Assembly: GCA_021399345.1 (NCBI GenBank)
Contig: JAAFKI010000051.1
Span: forward strand, 16,036-80,035
Length of the DNA: 64,000 nt
Direction of reading: 5' to 3'
Source of the DNA: Candidatus Heimdallarchaeota archaeon
GTDB lineage: Archaea > Asgardarchaeota > Heimdallarchaeia > Heimdallarchaeales > Heimdallarchaeaceae
Shown here piece by piece: positions 18,612 through 28,638 of this stretch. Every line of letters starts with the position of its first letter. Position 1 is the stretch's first letter. Under the pieces are notes generated by a model. That model was not told the DNA's origin. It searched no databases and saw nothing but the letters and a program-made list of their open reading frames with translations. A program made the position numbers and the translations under genes.

Positions 18612-19496
18612 CTATAATGACTCCAACAACTCTTCTGGAAGAGCTGGTTCAATATGTATAATTAAATCCTTGAAATCTTTATCTTGTTCTAATTCGGCTT
18701 TAACTTCTTCAGAAATCTCGTGAGCTTCAATGATTGATAGCTTTGGATTTACTAAAATATGAAAGTCTCCAGTATAGGAACCCAAAACGGACCTTAATCT
18801 AATGATATGTACTTCCTCTACATGTTCAAAAGAAAGCACTTTTTCCCTTAGTTTATCAATTATTTCCTGAGGTGGTCCTTTATCTAGTAATTCTGGTAGA
18901 GAACTCTTAGTTATTTCATAACCAGTGTACAAAATCAAACATACTATGACCAATGCAAAAGCAGGATCTAACCACCAAACATTATATTTGACACCAAGAT
19001 ATGCAAACCCTACAAAAATAGAAGAAATTGCATCTGTTCTATAGTTTTTGGCATTTGCTATGTATACAGCAGAATTTAGCTTCTTTCCAATTGTCATCAC
19101 TCCAAAGTAAAGAAGTATTTTACCTACGAAAGAAATAGCTGCAGCGACAAGAACAAATATTTCTAAATCATAAGGTGTCCCCTCTACAAGTTTGATAATT
19201 GCATTTTCAGCAATAAAGTAAGAAGAAAGAAACATAGTAGATGCAATAACTAAGCTTGATATCATCTGAAATTTATGATGCCCAAAAGGGTGATCCTGAT
19301 CTGCAGGCTTTCTGCTTCTTCTTTCTCCAACTCCTGCTATAGATGCACCCACAAGATCTAGAACTGAATCAAAACCATCAGCTATCAAACTAATTGATCC
19401 AGAAATAGTTCCAACTACTAATTTCAAAGTCATCAAAATTATATTCCCTCCAATTGAGAGAATATTAGCAGTAGCTGCTAGTCCTATTCTTGCCAT
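18612..19496 (-). CDS. Cation diffusion facilitator (FieF-like)
   Basis: SISLIADGFDS, PADQDHPFGH, YRTD, IHIEP. Confidence 0.92.
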   Translation of the reverse strand: MARIGLAATANILSIGGNIILMTLKLVVGTISGSISLIADGFDSVLDLVGASIAGVGERRSRKPADQDHPFGHHKFQMISSLVIASTMFLSSYFIAENAIIKLVEGTPYDLEIFVLVAAAISFVGKILLYFGVMTIGKKLNSAVYIANAKNYRTDAISSIFVGFAYLGVKYNVWWLDPAFALVIVCLILYTGYEITKSSLPELLDKGPPQEIIDKLREKVLSFEHVEEVHIIRLRSVLGSYTGDFHILVNPKLSIIEAHEISEEVKAELEQDKDFKDLIIHIEPALPEELLESL

Positions 19497-19575
19497 TAGA
19501 TGATAAACTCTTATGTATTCAATAAATTTTCTGTTTAGAATAAAACTACTTACTCAGACTAGAAAATGAAAAAGA

Positions 19576-20925
19576 TTACTTACCTCCACTTACCCGAAGT
19601 GGAGAAAGTAACATCCAAGGAGCCTCATGTCCGCTACGATTTTCTGTCTCCTTACTCATATTTTCAAGTTTTTCAAATATCTCAAAAATTGTACATCCTA
19701 TGACTGCATTCTTAACGGGATATTGTAGTTCTCCATCCTTGACATAAAATCCTTGATTGATCTGAGCTGAAACCTGTGGATTATCTCCTCGTGAATGAAT
19801 AGAAGATGACATCAGATATATCCCTTCTTTCATATCTGTAAGTAAATCATCCTTTGAAACAGAACCAGCTTTTATTTTCATTGTGTAAGGTGATGGTTGT
19901 GGTCTTGAAGCAAATGAACTCCTTGATGCGTGACCAGTGTTTTCTAATCCAACCAATGGAGCAGTATAAGAATCTGTAATGTAGGTTTGCAGAATACCGT
20001 TTTCAACTAGAGTTAGTTTCTTTGGGACAACTCCTTCATCATCAAAACCTGCAGAATCTGTTCCTTCTGGAATAAATGGATCATCAGTTATAGTCAGCTT
20101 TGATGAAGCAATTGCATCACCAATTTTATCTACAAAGAAAGCCGTTCTATTAAAGACACTGAAAGCATTAATTCCACTAGAAAGTATGGGACTTATAGTT
20201 CCATAAGCACTATCTGGATCAAGTAAGATTGGTAATGATGCAGTTTCGATTTTTTGAGAACCTAACATTTTTTTAGATCGTAATCCAGCTTCTGTTCCAA
20301 TTTTGATATGGTCAAAATTTTTCATTTGGGTTGCAGCATCATAGTAATAGGCATTACCAATATCTTCTCCTTCTTGTATCTTGACGCCTAGATATCCACT
20401 TACAGAAGTTTGAGAGGCAAATCTGTCTACACCTTCGGAATTTAGAATATATCTTTCCCCTATTCCTGCATTGAAATTTCCGCTTATAATTGCATCATCT
20501 CTAACAGTTGCTTCTTGAATGGAATCAAGAATTAAATCTGTAAATTCTTCAACCGAAATATCTACTACTGCTTCATCAAATCGACCAGAAATTGTAGGAG
20601 CTGCTTTAGGATCATAAGGTAAGGATTTGAAATTTGGATCAGGAGGACTTACTTCTGCAAGAGCATAAGCATCCTTTACTGTTTTTTCCAGTGATTCTTC
20701 TGTAAAAATGGTTGTAGATGCCATTCCTATTGCATTATCCTTTATAACTCGAATTCCTAAACCAGAATTGCTAGTATCTGTAAAACGTCTAATAGAACCA
20801 CGTTCAATCTGAATACTTTTTACAGACCCGAATATTGTGTACGCTTCAACTTGGTCTGCACCAAGGGATGTACCATATTTAATAATATATTTTGCTAGAT
20901 CGTGAAGATTTTCTTCAGTTGACAT
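19576..20925 (-). CDS. pmbA: TldE/PmbA family protein
   Basis: GLGIRVI, FDDEGV, TGHASR, no HExxH; start ATG 20925 overlaps the tldD stop (TAATG). Confidence 0.9.
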   Translation of the reverse strand: MSTEENLHDLAKYIIKYGTSLGADQVEAYTIFGSVKSIQIERGSIRRFTDTSNSGLGIRVIKDNAIGMASTTIFTEESLEKTVKDAYALAEVSPPDPNFKSLPYDPKAAPTISGRFDEAVVDISVEEFTDLILDSIQEATVRDDAIISGNFNAGIGERYILNSEGVDRFASQTSVSGYLGVKIQEGEDIGNAYYYDAATQMKNFDHIKIGTEAGLRSKKMLGSQKIETASLPILLDPDSAYGTISPILSSGINAFSVFNRTAFFVDKIGDAIASSKLTITDDPFIPEGTDSAGFDDEGVVPKKLTLVENGILQTYITDSYTAPLVGLENTGHASRSSFASRPQPSPYTMKIKAGSVSKDDLLTDMKEGIYLMSSSIHSRGDNPQVSAQINQGFYVKDGELQYPVKNAVIGCTIFEIFEKLENMSKETENRSGHEAPWMLLSPLRVSGGK

Positions 20926-22343
20926 TATTTTGACCCTCCTACGACAAGATTGGAAACAGCGAGATTCGGGCCTCCACCGGTTACTGGGACCCATTGTCCC
21001 CCCTTTCCACAAGTACCTTCGAAGGCTGGTTCCCAAGGTTTCCCAATTGCAAAAGTGTTCTGCAGTACTTCTAATGTCATGCCCGACATACCTACGTTAC
21101 CCATCATATCTGTTATTTCACCGTTTTCAATGAAGTATCCCATTTGGCAAGAGAAGTAGAACTGTCCTTTGGCAGGCATAACATACCCACCATAAGAATC
21201 CTTCAGATAGACCCCATCTTTAGCGATTTCAGCTATTTCCTCAATTTTCATCTCTCCTCCATCAACATATGTGTTGCCCATTCGAGCTTGAGGAGTCACA
21301 TTAAAATTCATCGCTCGTCCGGAACCATTTGGCTCCATTCCTAAAGCTGTTGCAGTTTCCAAAGTGTGGAAGTACTCCTTAAGGAAACCACCCTCAACAA
21401 GAACTCGTTTTCGAGCTTTGGTTCCTTCTGAATCATAAGCAAATGACCCCCTTAATCCTTTGACTGTAGGATCATCATAAACATTTATTTCTTCAATTCC
21501 GACTTTTTCACCAATCCTTCCTTCAAGAACTGATGTTTTAGCTATAATGGCATCAGCTTCGCATGCGTGGCCAAAAGCTTCATGAATGAAAACTCCTGTT
21601 AACGATGGGTCCATAACTACATTCATTTTTCCTGATGGAGGTTCCTTAGCTATTAATAGCTTTTCAGCCATAACTGCAGCTTTTAATCCTTCTTCTTCAG
21701 GATCCCATTTCTCAATCAATTCCCATCCTCCAGCTCCACCAGCAGAATCAAAAACACTTTGCATTTTTGTTCCTTCTCTTCCTATGATATTTTTCATAAT
21801 TCGTATTACATGAGTTTCATTTTCAACTTTGGTCCCTTTACTATTAATAATAATCTCATTTCCATGGGATTCTTGATAAGTTGAGGAAGATTCAGCAATT
21901 GAATCAGAATACTCTCTAGCTGCTTTTTCTGTTTTAACAACTTTTTCGAATTTGGCCTCTTTATCTACTGCTCGAGGATCTATTTCAATGGTTGTTGCTC
22001 CCTTTCCTTCAAATACCCAGCTGTCACTAATACTTCTTTCCTGTTTGGTATATTTTGAACCAGTTCGTGCCATTTTCACAGCCTTTTCAGCAGCTTGCAA
22101 TATTGATTCCTTATCTGTTTTGACAATAGTTGTAAAACCCCAAGCATTGTCAATCAATGCTCTAATGGCAATACCTCCAGTAGTTTGATTACTAACACTG
22201 TCAAATCTACCGTTTCTAACTGTGAAAGATTCTCCCATTGCGTAAGCATATCTTATGTCTAGAAAATCTTTCGAAGAGAGAGACACCTTGTTGATTGCGT
22301 ATTCTAAAATGTCCAACATACGTTCTTTCTGTTCTGATATCAT
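20925..22343 (-). CDS. tldD: TldD metalloprotease
   Basis: HEAFGHACEAD, YDSEG, RMGNTY, CGKGGQWVPV. Confidence 0.93.
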   Translation of the reverse strand: MISEQKERMLDILEYAINKVSLSSKDFLDIRYAYAMGESFTVRNGRFDSVSNQTTGGIAIRALIDNAWGFTTIVKTDKESILQAAEKAVKMARTGSKYTKQERSISDSWVFEGKGATTIEIDPRAVDKEAKFEKVVKTEKAAREYSDSIAESSSTYQESHGNEIIINSKGTKVENETHVIRIMKNIIGREGTKMQSVFDSAGGAGGWELIEKWDPEEEGLKAAVMAEKLLIAKEPPSGKMNVVMDPSLTGVFIHEAFGHACEADAIIAKTSVLEGRIGEKVGIEEINVYDDPTVKGLRGSFAYDSEGTKARKRVLVEGGFLKEYFHTLETATALGMEPNGSGRAMNFNVTPQARMGNTYVDGGEMKIEEIAEIAKDGVYLKDSYGGYVMPAKGQFYFSCQMGYFIENGEITDMMGNVGMSGMTLEVLQNTFAIGKPWEPAFEGTCGKGGQWVPVTGGGPNLAVSNLVVGGSK

Positions 22344-22388
22344 AATATAAACTTAATTGTAAAACAATGAGGAAAAAACTAGCTAATA

Positions 22389-23414
22389 CTATACTCTTAT
22401 CGAGGTTTGTTTTCCGCAGCTTTTACAAGTTCCTCCATTTGAGAGTTGTTTGATTTTAACATTATACGATAACCTTTCAACCAAGGTTTTGCCGCAATTT
22501 AAGCAAAAAGTTGTATTTATTTCAGAGTAAGGAAGGTTTCCAGTAAAAACGAATTTAAGACCTTCTTCTTCTGCGATTCTTTTGGCTTCAATTACCGTAT
22601 CAACTGGAGTTGGAGGTACATGTTGCATTTTGTAATGAGGATAAAATCGACTAAAGTGAACAGGTACATTTTCATCCATTTCATTAATTACCCACCGTGA
22701 AAATTGTCTTATTTCATCAGAAGAATCATTGTAATCGGGTATAAGTAGCATGGTTAATTCAATATGAATACCCTCTTTCCACATTCTGATAGCATTTTGT
22801 TTGACGTATTTCAGAGCAGGAAAAGTTGTTACTTCTTTATAAAAATCCTCATTGAAGGCTTTGATATCAAAATTAACTGCATCAATAATTGGTAACAATT
22901 CTTCAAGTGGTTTTTCATTAATCATTCCATTGGAAACAAGAACATTTCCTATATTATTTTCATGAGCTAGCTTTCCTGTGTCTCGTATCCATTCCAAGTT
23001 AATCAAAGGTTCATTGTAAGTATAAGCAATTGTGTCACATTTGTTTTTTCGTGTCATATCGATAGCATTCTGAGATGTAATTTGAATCAAATTATTGCTC
23101 TCAGCTGATATTTGGCTGATACTCCAATTCTGACAATGAGCACAATGAAGGTTGCATCCTGCTGTTCCAAAACTCATTGTTGAAGAACCTGGTTTGTAAT
23201 GATAAATTGGTTTCTTCTCTATAGGATCAGCATGAACTGAAGTAAATCTATTGTATCCAAGTGCATATAGCTTCCCATCAATATTTTTTCTCGCCTGACA
23301 GTTACCTAATTCTCCAGACTGAATTATACAGTTTCTTGGACATAACAAACACTGAACTTTCTTTCCATCTCTTTTCTCATAAAATTCTGCTTCAAACAAT
23401 GCCAATTGAACCAC
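22389..23414 (-). CDS. AmmeMemoRadiSam-type radical SAM enzyme (PflA-like)
   Basis: CLLCPRNC, DPIEKKPIYH, GCNLHCAHCQNWSISQ, YTYNEP, HFSRFYP. Confidence 0.9.
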   Translation of the reverse strand: MVQLALFEAEFYEKRDGKKVQCLLCPRNCIIQSGELGNCQARKNIDGKLYALGYNRFTSVHADPIEKKPIYHYKPGSSTMSFGTAGCNLHCAHCQNWSISQISAESNNLIQITSQNAIDMTRKNKCDTIAYTYNEPLINLEWIRDTGKLAHENNIGNVLVSNGMINEKPLEELLPIIDAVNFDIKAFNEDFYKEVTTFPALKYVKQNAIRMWKEGIHIELTMLLIPDYNDSSDEIRQFSRWVINEMDENVPVHFSRFYPHYKMQHVPPTPVDTVIEAKRIAEEEGLKFVFTGNLPYSEINTTFCLNCGKTLVERLSYNVKIKQLSNGGTCKSCGKQTSIRV

Positions 23415-23616
23415 TTAAACATTATTCGCCGATAAGCGAGTTAATTGAAGTAAGCTTAACTATAAATCTGTCGATTAATGATTTACAGATTTGTACATCT
23501 CCAAATTTTATAGAATATTATTCTTAAAAAGAAGATGCTCGTTTTTTTTTACCGCTTGTTATTCATTTCTGGGTGACTTATACCAAAAACTAAAAAAAGA
23601 TGAGAATAAACTACTC

Positions 23617-24306
23617 ATGGTTACGGGTAATATGTCAAAGGATGAATCCGAGAGTAAAGATTTGAATATCATAAAGTTGAGAAAAGGAGAAACTGTTGAT
23701 ATTAGCAAAGCTTTAGGGTCAAATAAACGTATATCAATTCTAAAATACTTATCTGTGGAAGAGCTCAACTTATCTGAAATTGCTAACAAAATTAACAGTA
23801 CTCCTCAAGCTGTTTATCATCATTTACAGATTCTTGAGAAATCAAAATTAATCTATGTAGTCAGAGAAGAAAAAATTAAGAATATGGCTAAAACCATAAA
23901 GTATTATCGCGCAAGTTATCAACCTGATGCAATAAATCTTCTTCTTTGGGCTCCTCTTGAAGAATTGGAACTCACAGAATTGGAATCAAGGGTTCCTTTA
24001 CCTGAAAGACCTGTACAGAGAATTGTCAGAAAAATGGCAGATAAAGTTTTTACAGATTTGAATGAGTTTAAAATTGAAAGTCTAACATCAGTAATTAAGA
24101 ATATGATAGATTTAACTCATGAATCTATGAACTCCCTCAAAACTGACTATGGATTAGACATGGATGATAAACTCTGGAACTTAATTCTACTTTTTTCTAA
24201 TCTTTCAGTTTTAAATGCGGTAAAAAAAATGACTGAAGATAAGAAACAGAGGAATAAAGTCAATACCTTATTATCCCTGCTATTTGAGGAATTAGAAGAA
24301 ATATGA
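23617..24306 (+). CDS. ArsR-family winged-helix transcription regulator with C-terminal helical domain
   Basis: KALGSNKRISIL, LSEIA, PQAVYHHLQILEKS, KYY; start at 23617 or 23632. Confidence 0.85.
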   Translation: MVTGNMSKDESESKDLNIIKLRKGETVDISKALGSNKRISILKYLSVEELNLSEIANKINSTPQAVYHHLQILEKSKLIYVVREEKIKNMAKTIKYYRASYQPDAINLLLWAPLEELELTELESRVPLPERPVQRIVRKMADKVFTDLNEFKIESLTSVIKNMIDLTHESMNSLKTDYGLDMDDKLWNLILLFSNLSVLNAVKKMTEDKKQRNKVNTLLSLLFEELEEI

Positions 24307-24324
24307 GGTAAATAATAAGAAAAC

Positions 24325-26970
24325 TTACTTCTTACTTACCTTGTTGTTGTTGTTAGATGTTGATGAAGAGAAATCAAGAGTTTTCTGACTTGATGTTTGA
24401 ATATCTTTAAGTTCCACTTTCACACCAATCCGCTTTACATCCCTTAAAGCTTCTTCTAGATAATGCTCTTTGTCGATTTTTTGAACGTCAACGAGAGTTG
24501 GATGTTGAGCTCGTTTGTATAGGGAAGAGTTTCCTTCAAGAATTATGAAGGGAAATCTTTCAAAATCCTTCCATATTTCATCTAAATTTAGATCCATTTT
24601 CATAGAATAATCTTCGAGAGCACCGATTGCAGGGGTTTTTGATTTGTAATCTTTCGGATTCCTTCTGATGGGACCAAAAATGGTTGTTTTTTGGATAAGT
24701 TCTTCTCCAGAAATTTTCTTGAATGCAAGACATAACTCAATCACTTTTTTTCTAGCTTTTTCAAGATTTCCATCTTCCAGAACACATTGTAATGCGGCTT
24801 TTTGAACTTCTTTTGCGAATGGTGAAGTATCACTACGGATTGCTTCAAAACCAATAATTGTAAGGTCACCAGTTACAACACTGATATAACTGTATCTCTT
24901 CTTCGTTTCAGGAGCAAAAACAATTCTTAAGGCTAAATCAACAAATTCTAATTCCATTTCTTTTGGAAGCTTGGACTCATAAAATTCCAACAATTCTTGA
25001 ACTTCAGGAGCATCTGATAACTTAAAAGAATGCCCTTCCTTAATTCTTTCTGCTAAATTAAATATTGTATCTGTGTCAGCAAGTTTCACAAAAATACTAT
25101 CTGTATCTCCATAAATTACCTGACATTTATTATCAGATATTTCTTGTGTCCATTTATCCACTTTCTTAATATATTCCTTAGCAATACTTGTGATTGCATT
25201 AGAGATTTCAGTATCATAAAAGCGACTTCCTACGTAATTATGACTGCCATAAAGTGAGTTAGCTGTGACTTTCAATGCACTTGATTTAGTCTTTAATTTG
25301 CGGAGCTCTTTTTCTAAGCCTCTTTTCTTATCAGAATCTAAATAAGTTCGAAGATATGTTTCAAGATCAGAGATTTCTTTCTTAATTTCCTTTCTCTCCT
25401 CCAAAAGACCCCTCATCATCACTCGTATCCCTGTATCAGGTTCGTTACGAAACTTTTTCTCAGGTAATGCCATGGACCCCTCATAGCTTTCACCTCCAAT
25501 GTTGAATGCGACCATGATTGATGGAAACATTGATCTAAAATCAGCTATTAATACAGCGGAATGCAAAGTACCTTTCGGAACTAAAACAAACCCTCCAATT
25601 GCAATTGATCTTGTGCTCTTTCTGTAGGCTAATTCTTTTCTCGTTGGTTCAGGTGGTATTAATGTATTTTTATGTTTCAAAATTCTAAAAAGTTGAAATT
25701 CTCCTATGTGCCTTGGAGTTGAGTATATACCCTCAGAAGGGCGAAGACCTACATATTTTATAACTTCAACCCATTCTAACATCCCCATTTCGAAAAACAG
25801 ATGATAGATTATTTTTGTGTCTAAAGTGCATGAGTCAATAAGCTTTTTCTTGTAATTCTTTTGATTCTTTAAGTAAACATTAGACCAATATTGATTAATT
25901 GTATCATAATCGGCTTCTCTTTCGATATTCAGAAGTTCTCTTGAGAATTCAGTTAAATTTTTCTTACCAGATTTTGTTCTCAACCATCGAGTACTTTTAA
26001 CAAGATCGTAGGAAATGTAACCTGGGATTCTATAACCTAAATATCCTACAGGCAGTTTAATTTTAGCATCTTGAAATGGTCCAAGTCTCTCAGAATCTAA
26101 CCCAAGAATTTCCATGCGAGCAATAAGATAAGGCAAGGTTACTTGATTTCCATTAAAAGTAACAATTATTTCTGGTGATATTGAATGTATTTCATTGATT
26201 AGATTATTAATAAGTTCTCTTTCACAATCATTTTCTTCTTTTTCAAGAAAGAAGTTTTTAGACTCTATATTTATTCCATCTTGACTCCAGCTTAGAGACG
26301 CAGTAATAATTCTTTGTTTGCTTTCTTCTTGAATACTGGAAAAATTCTGGATTTTTTTACCTTCTTTTGTCAAAGAGTTAATAACTATATTTAGACTAAG
26401 AATAGTGAATTGAAAAGATTCTTTTTTTTCCGAATTTTTAATATTATGAAAATCAGTTTCTAAAACTCTTCCAAATTCATGAGATTCTTTCTCTTCATAA
26501 TTAGATATTTCAATCCAATTGAGACTTTTGATATTTGTGTCTATAAGAAATCTTGAAACATAAGAAATATCCTTTTCATAGCTTTTAATCCCTTTTTCTT
26601 TTAATTTATTACTATATTTATGAATACGCCAAGGATTTCTACCAAGTATTTTGTAAAGAAAAGTTGGTTTATTCTGATAATATTTGTATTTAGTAATTTG
26701 GTAATGGTTCTGTATCCAATCACCAAATTCCTTTTCAGTATAAAGAAGACTCTGAATAGCATTTGTAGTCTCTGCAAGGTCATCAATATAGAAATATGGA
26801 TAAAAACCAGTAACATGGATGATCAGAGTCTTATTATCTTTTGTCTTCCCTCTAATTCGAACAATAGGTTCTTCAGTTTCATCCTCCTTTTCACGAATAA
26901 AAAAGTCTAAATCTACTAATAAGAATTCCAAAGGAGAGGGAGTGTCATTCATCTCTCTAACACCTTTCAC
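24325..26970 (-). CDS. polB: Family B DNA polymerase with intact polymerase motifs and degenerate 3'-5' exonuclease motifs
   Basis: DFRSMFPS, KVTANSLYG, YGDTDS, KKRY; ExoI LNIV, ExoII FNGNQVT; C-terminal QKTLDF. Confidence 0.92.
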   Translation of the reverse strand: MKGVREMNDTPSPLEFLLVDLDFFIREKEDETEEPIVRIRGKTKDNKTLIIHVTGFYPYFYIDDLAETTNAIQSLLYTEKEFGDWIQNHYQITKYKYYQNKPTFLYKILGRNPWRIHKYSNKLKEKGIKSYEKDISYVSRFLIDTNIKSLNWIEISNYEEKESHEFGRVLETDFHNIKNSEKKESFQFTILSLNIVINSLTKEGKKIQNFSSIQEESKQRIITASLSWSQDGINIESKNFFLEKEENDCERELINNLINEIHSISPEIIVTFNGNQVTLPYLIARMEILGLDSERLGPFQDAKIKLPVGYLGYRIPGYISYDLVKSTRWLRTKSGKKNLTEFSRELLNIEREADYDTINQYWSNVYLKNQKNYKKKLIDSCTLDTKIIYHLFFEMGMLEWVEVIKYVGLRPSEGIYSTPRHIGEFQLFRILKHKNTLIPPEPTRKELAYRKSTRSIAIGGFVLVPKGTLHSAVLIADFRSMFPSIMVAFNIGGESYEGSMALPEKKFRNEPDTGIRVMMRGLLEERKEIKKEISDLETYLRTYLDSDKKRGLEKELRKLKTKSSALKVTANSLYGSHNYVGSRFYDTEISNAITSIAKEYIKKVDKWTQEISDNKCQVIYGDTDSIFVKLADTDTIFNLAERIKEGHSFKLSDAPEVQELLEFYESKLPKEMELEFVDLALRIVFAPETKKRYSYISVVTGDLTIIGFEAIRSDTSPFAKEVQKAALQCVLEDGNLEKARKKVIELCLAFKKISGEELIQKTTIFGPIRRNPKDYKSKTPAIGALEDYSMKMDLNLDEIWKDFERFPFIILEGNSSLYKRAQHPTLVDVQKIDKEHYLEEALRDVKRIGVKVELKDIQTSSQKTLDFSSSTSNNNNKVSKK

Positions 26971-27132
26971 GTACTGTTGATGTACATTAATCCCTCCGTA
27001 TTATTTAAACTCTTTTTAAATACTAGGGGGATTTATGAACAGTTAGAAAAAAAGTCAAGTTTTCAGTATTTAAATCACATTTGGATACGTTAAATTTTTA
27101 ATCTATTAAGTCACATTTTATTATGTTGTTAT

Positions 27133-27510
27133 ATGTCCTCTAGAAGAACACCGCCAGATGTGTATAAAAATAAGAAGAAATTGGAACTATCAGCTCAGAC
27201 TAAAAGTGGAACAATTGAAGAGACAATTACCCTAACTAAACCATCTGAAGATGATGATCCTAGACCCCATTATTGGTTTATACTGATGTTATCATTTGGT
27301 CAAAGATCAGGATATGTGTATGACCGTTCAGGATTACATATACCAGAACCAGATGCCTATGTTTATAGTGTTGAACTATGGAAATTCAAGGGATCTGCAC
27401 TTAAAGGGGTAGAAAATGTGTCAAATAGAGTAGACTTTGATTTAGCAGTTAAAACATTTCAGAGTTTACAAGAAGATTTAACTAAACAGGGTTTCAAATT
27501 GCTTAATTGA
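27133..27510 (+). CDS. Hypothetical protein
   Basis: 125-aa ORF filling an intergenic gap; no recognised motif. Confidence 0.6.
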   Translation: MSSRRTPPDVYKNKKKLELSAQTKSGTIEETITLTKPSEDDDPRPHYWFILMLSFGQRSGYVYDRSGLHIPEPDAYVYSVELWKFKGSALKGVENVSNRVDFDLAVKTFQSLQEDLTKQGFKLLN

Positions 27511-27515
27511 ATTAG

Positions 27516-28082
27516 TTATATCAGACTTACAACTAATGTAGCTATTATTGGAATAAAAGAGCTAAGAACTATTATGACTAGTTTCTTAGGCTGGTAGAAG
27601 GGTTTCTTTAAGTCTCCAAGCTTTGCTTCATCCTTTTGCATAATCTTTACATTCAAATATAGAATTGCTGCAAAAAATATCAAAATAGAGAATGCTATAC
27701 TCAGGATTTTCCATAAAGCGAGTGTTTTATCGAAATAAACGATACTAAAACCATATATTGGTAAAAATCCAATATAAAAAAACATAATTTGAAGAGCAAT
27801 TTGTGCATAAATTGTTTTTGAGGGTTCAATTTTTGTTGTGAAAAGAGCTGTTTTTGCAGATAAAGATACAGCTACATAGAGAAAAAATATCGATATGATT
27901 ATCAATATTATTCCTAAAACCCCCAAACCTACATGTATTCTATGTTTTACAAAACTATTGCGAATTAGTGCTTGTCCTCCTCCTAAAAGTGCAGCTAAAA
28001 TTATCGCCCCAAAGGGATTGAGAGTTTTTGGTTTTTTGATAATAGGAGCCTTGGCTAGGAGGTCTTTTTCAGAAATTACCAC
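27516..28082 (-). CDS. Hypothetical membrane protein (about 5 TM)
   Basis: Hydrophobic segments; abuts the NUDIX gene. Confidence 0.7.
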   Translation of the reverse strand: MVISEKDLLAKAPIIKKPKTLNPFGAIILAALLGGGQALIRNSFVKHRIHVGLGVLGIILIIISIFFLYVAVSLSAKTALFTTKIEPSKTIYAQIALQIMFFYIGFLPIYGFSIVYFDKTLALWKILSIAFSILIFFAAILYLNVKIMQKDEAKLGDLKKPFYQPKKLVIIVLSSFIPIIATLVVSLI

Positions 28083-28532
28083 TTAATTCCCCTCTGAAGG
28101 TTCTTTTGCAAGTTCGTTTTCGCGTAAATACCTTTCAGCTGCCCTTATAACTTTTCTTGTGTTTTCAAAAGTTAATGTTTTCAGAGCTTCTTCATAAGTA
28201 CACCACAAGAATCCAATATGTTCCTTTGAGATTTTTACTTCAGTTGTTGATGATATCCCAATCAGATAAATGACTGTTTTTTTGATTTTATGAGGACCTC
28301 TTGTGAAATAATAAGTAATTTTATGTTGAAACTCTTCCAAAACGGATATATCTTCTATTCCTGTCTCCTCAAATGCTTCTCTGAGAGCAGCTTGAATGAC
28401 TGTTTCCTTGCCTTCTATCCTGCCTTTGGTCAACCCATACCTATTCTCTGTTATTCTACTTCGTCCATAGTTGAGCAGTAAATAGCGACCAGAATTATAA
28501 ATTACAATACCAGCAGATGTTTCAAGTTGCAT
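28083..28532 (-). CDS. NUDIX hydrolase, Ap4A hydrolase-like
   Basis: SAG, KGRIEGKETVIQAALREAFEETG Nudix box, SKEH; ATG 28532 preferred. Confidence 0.9.
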   Translation of the reverse strand: MQLETSAGIVIYNSGRYLLLNYGRSRITENRYGLTKGRIEGKETVIQAALREAFEETGIEDISVLEEFQHKITYYFTRGPHKIKKTVIYLIGISSTTEVKISKEHIGFLWCTYEEALKTLTFENTRKVIRAAERYLRENELAKEPSEGN

Positions 28533-28638
28533 ACTATCATCGGCGTTTTTATTAAGATTTGACTTTTTGTTAATAAGCTTATTGTAATTGTCTAAAAGTA
28601 GGAGATAGTTTAATAACACTTAGAATGAATAAAAAATA

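Noticed and set aside
20926-21036. Long N-terminal extensions on pmbA (similarly MFS 10397, ArsR 23491, NUDIX 28619, lonB 41596)
   Set aside because: Artefacts of longest-ORF calling; downstream ATGs fit family starts and avoid overlaps.
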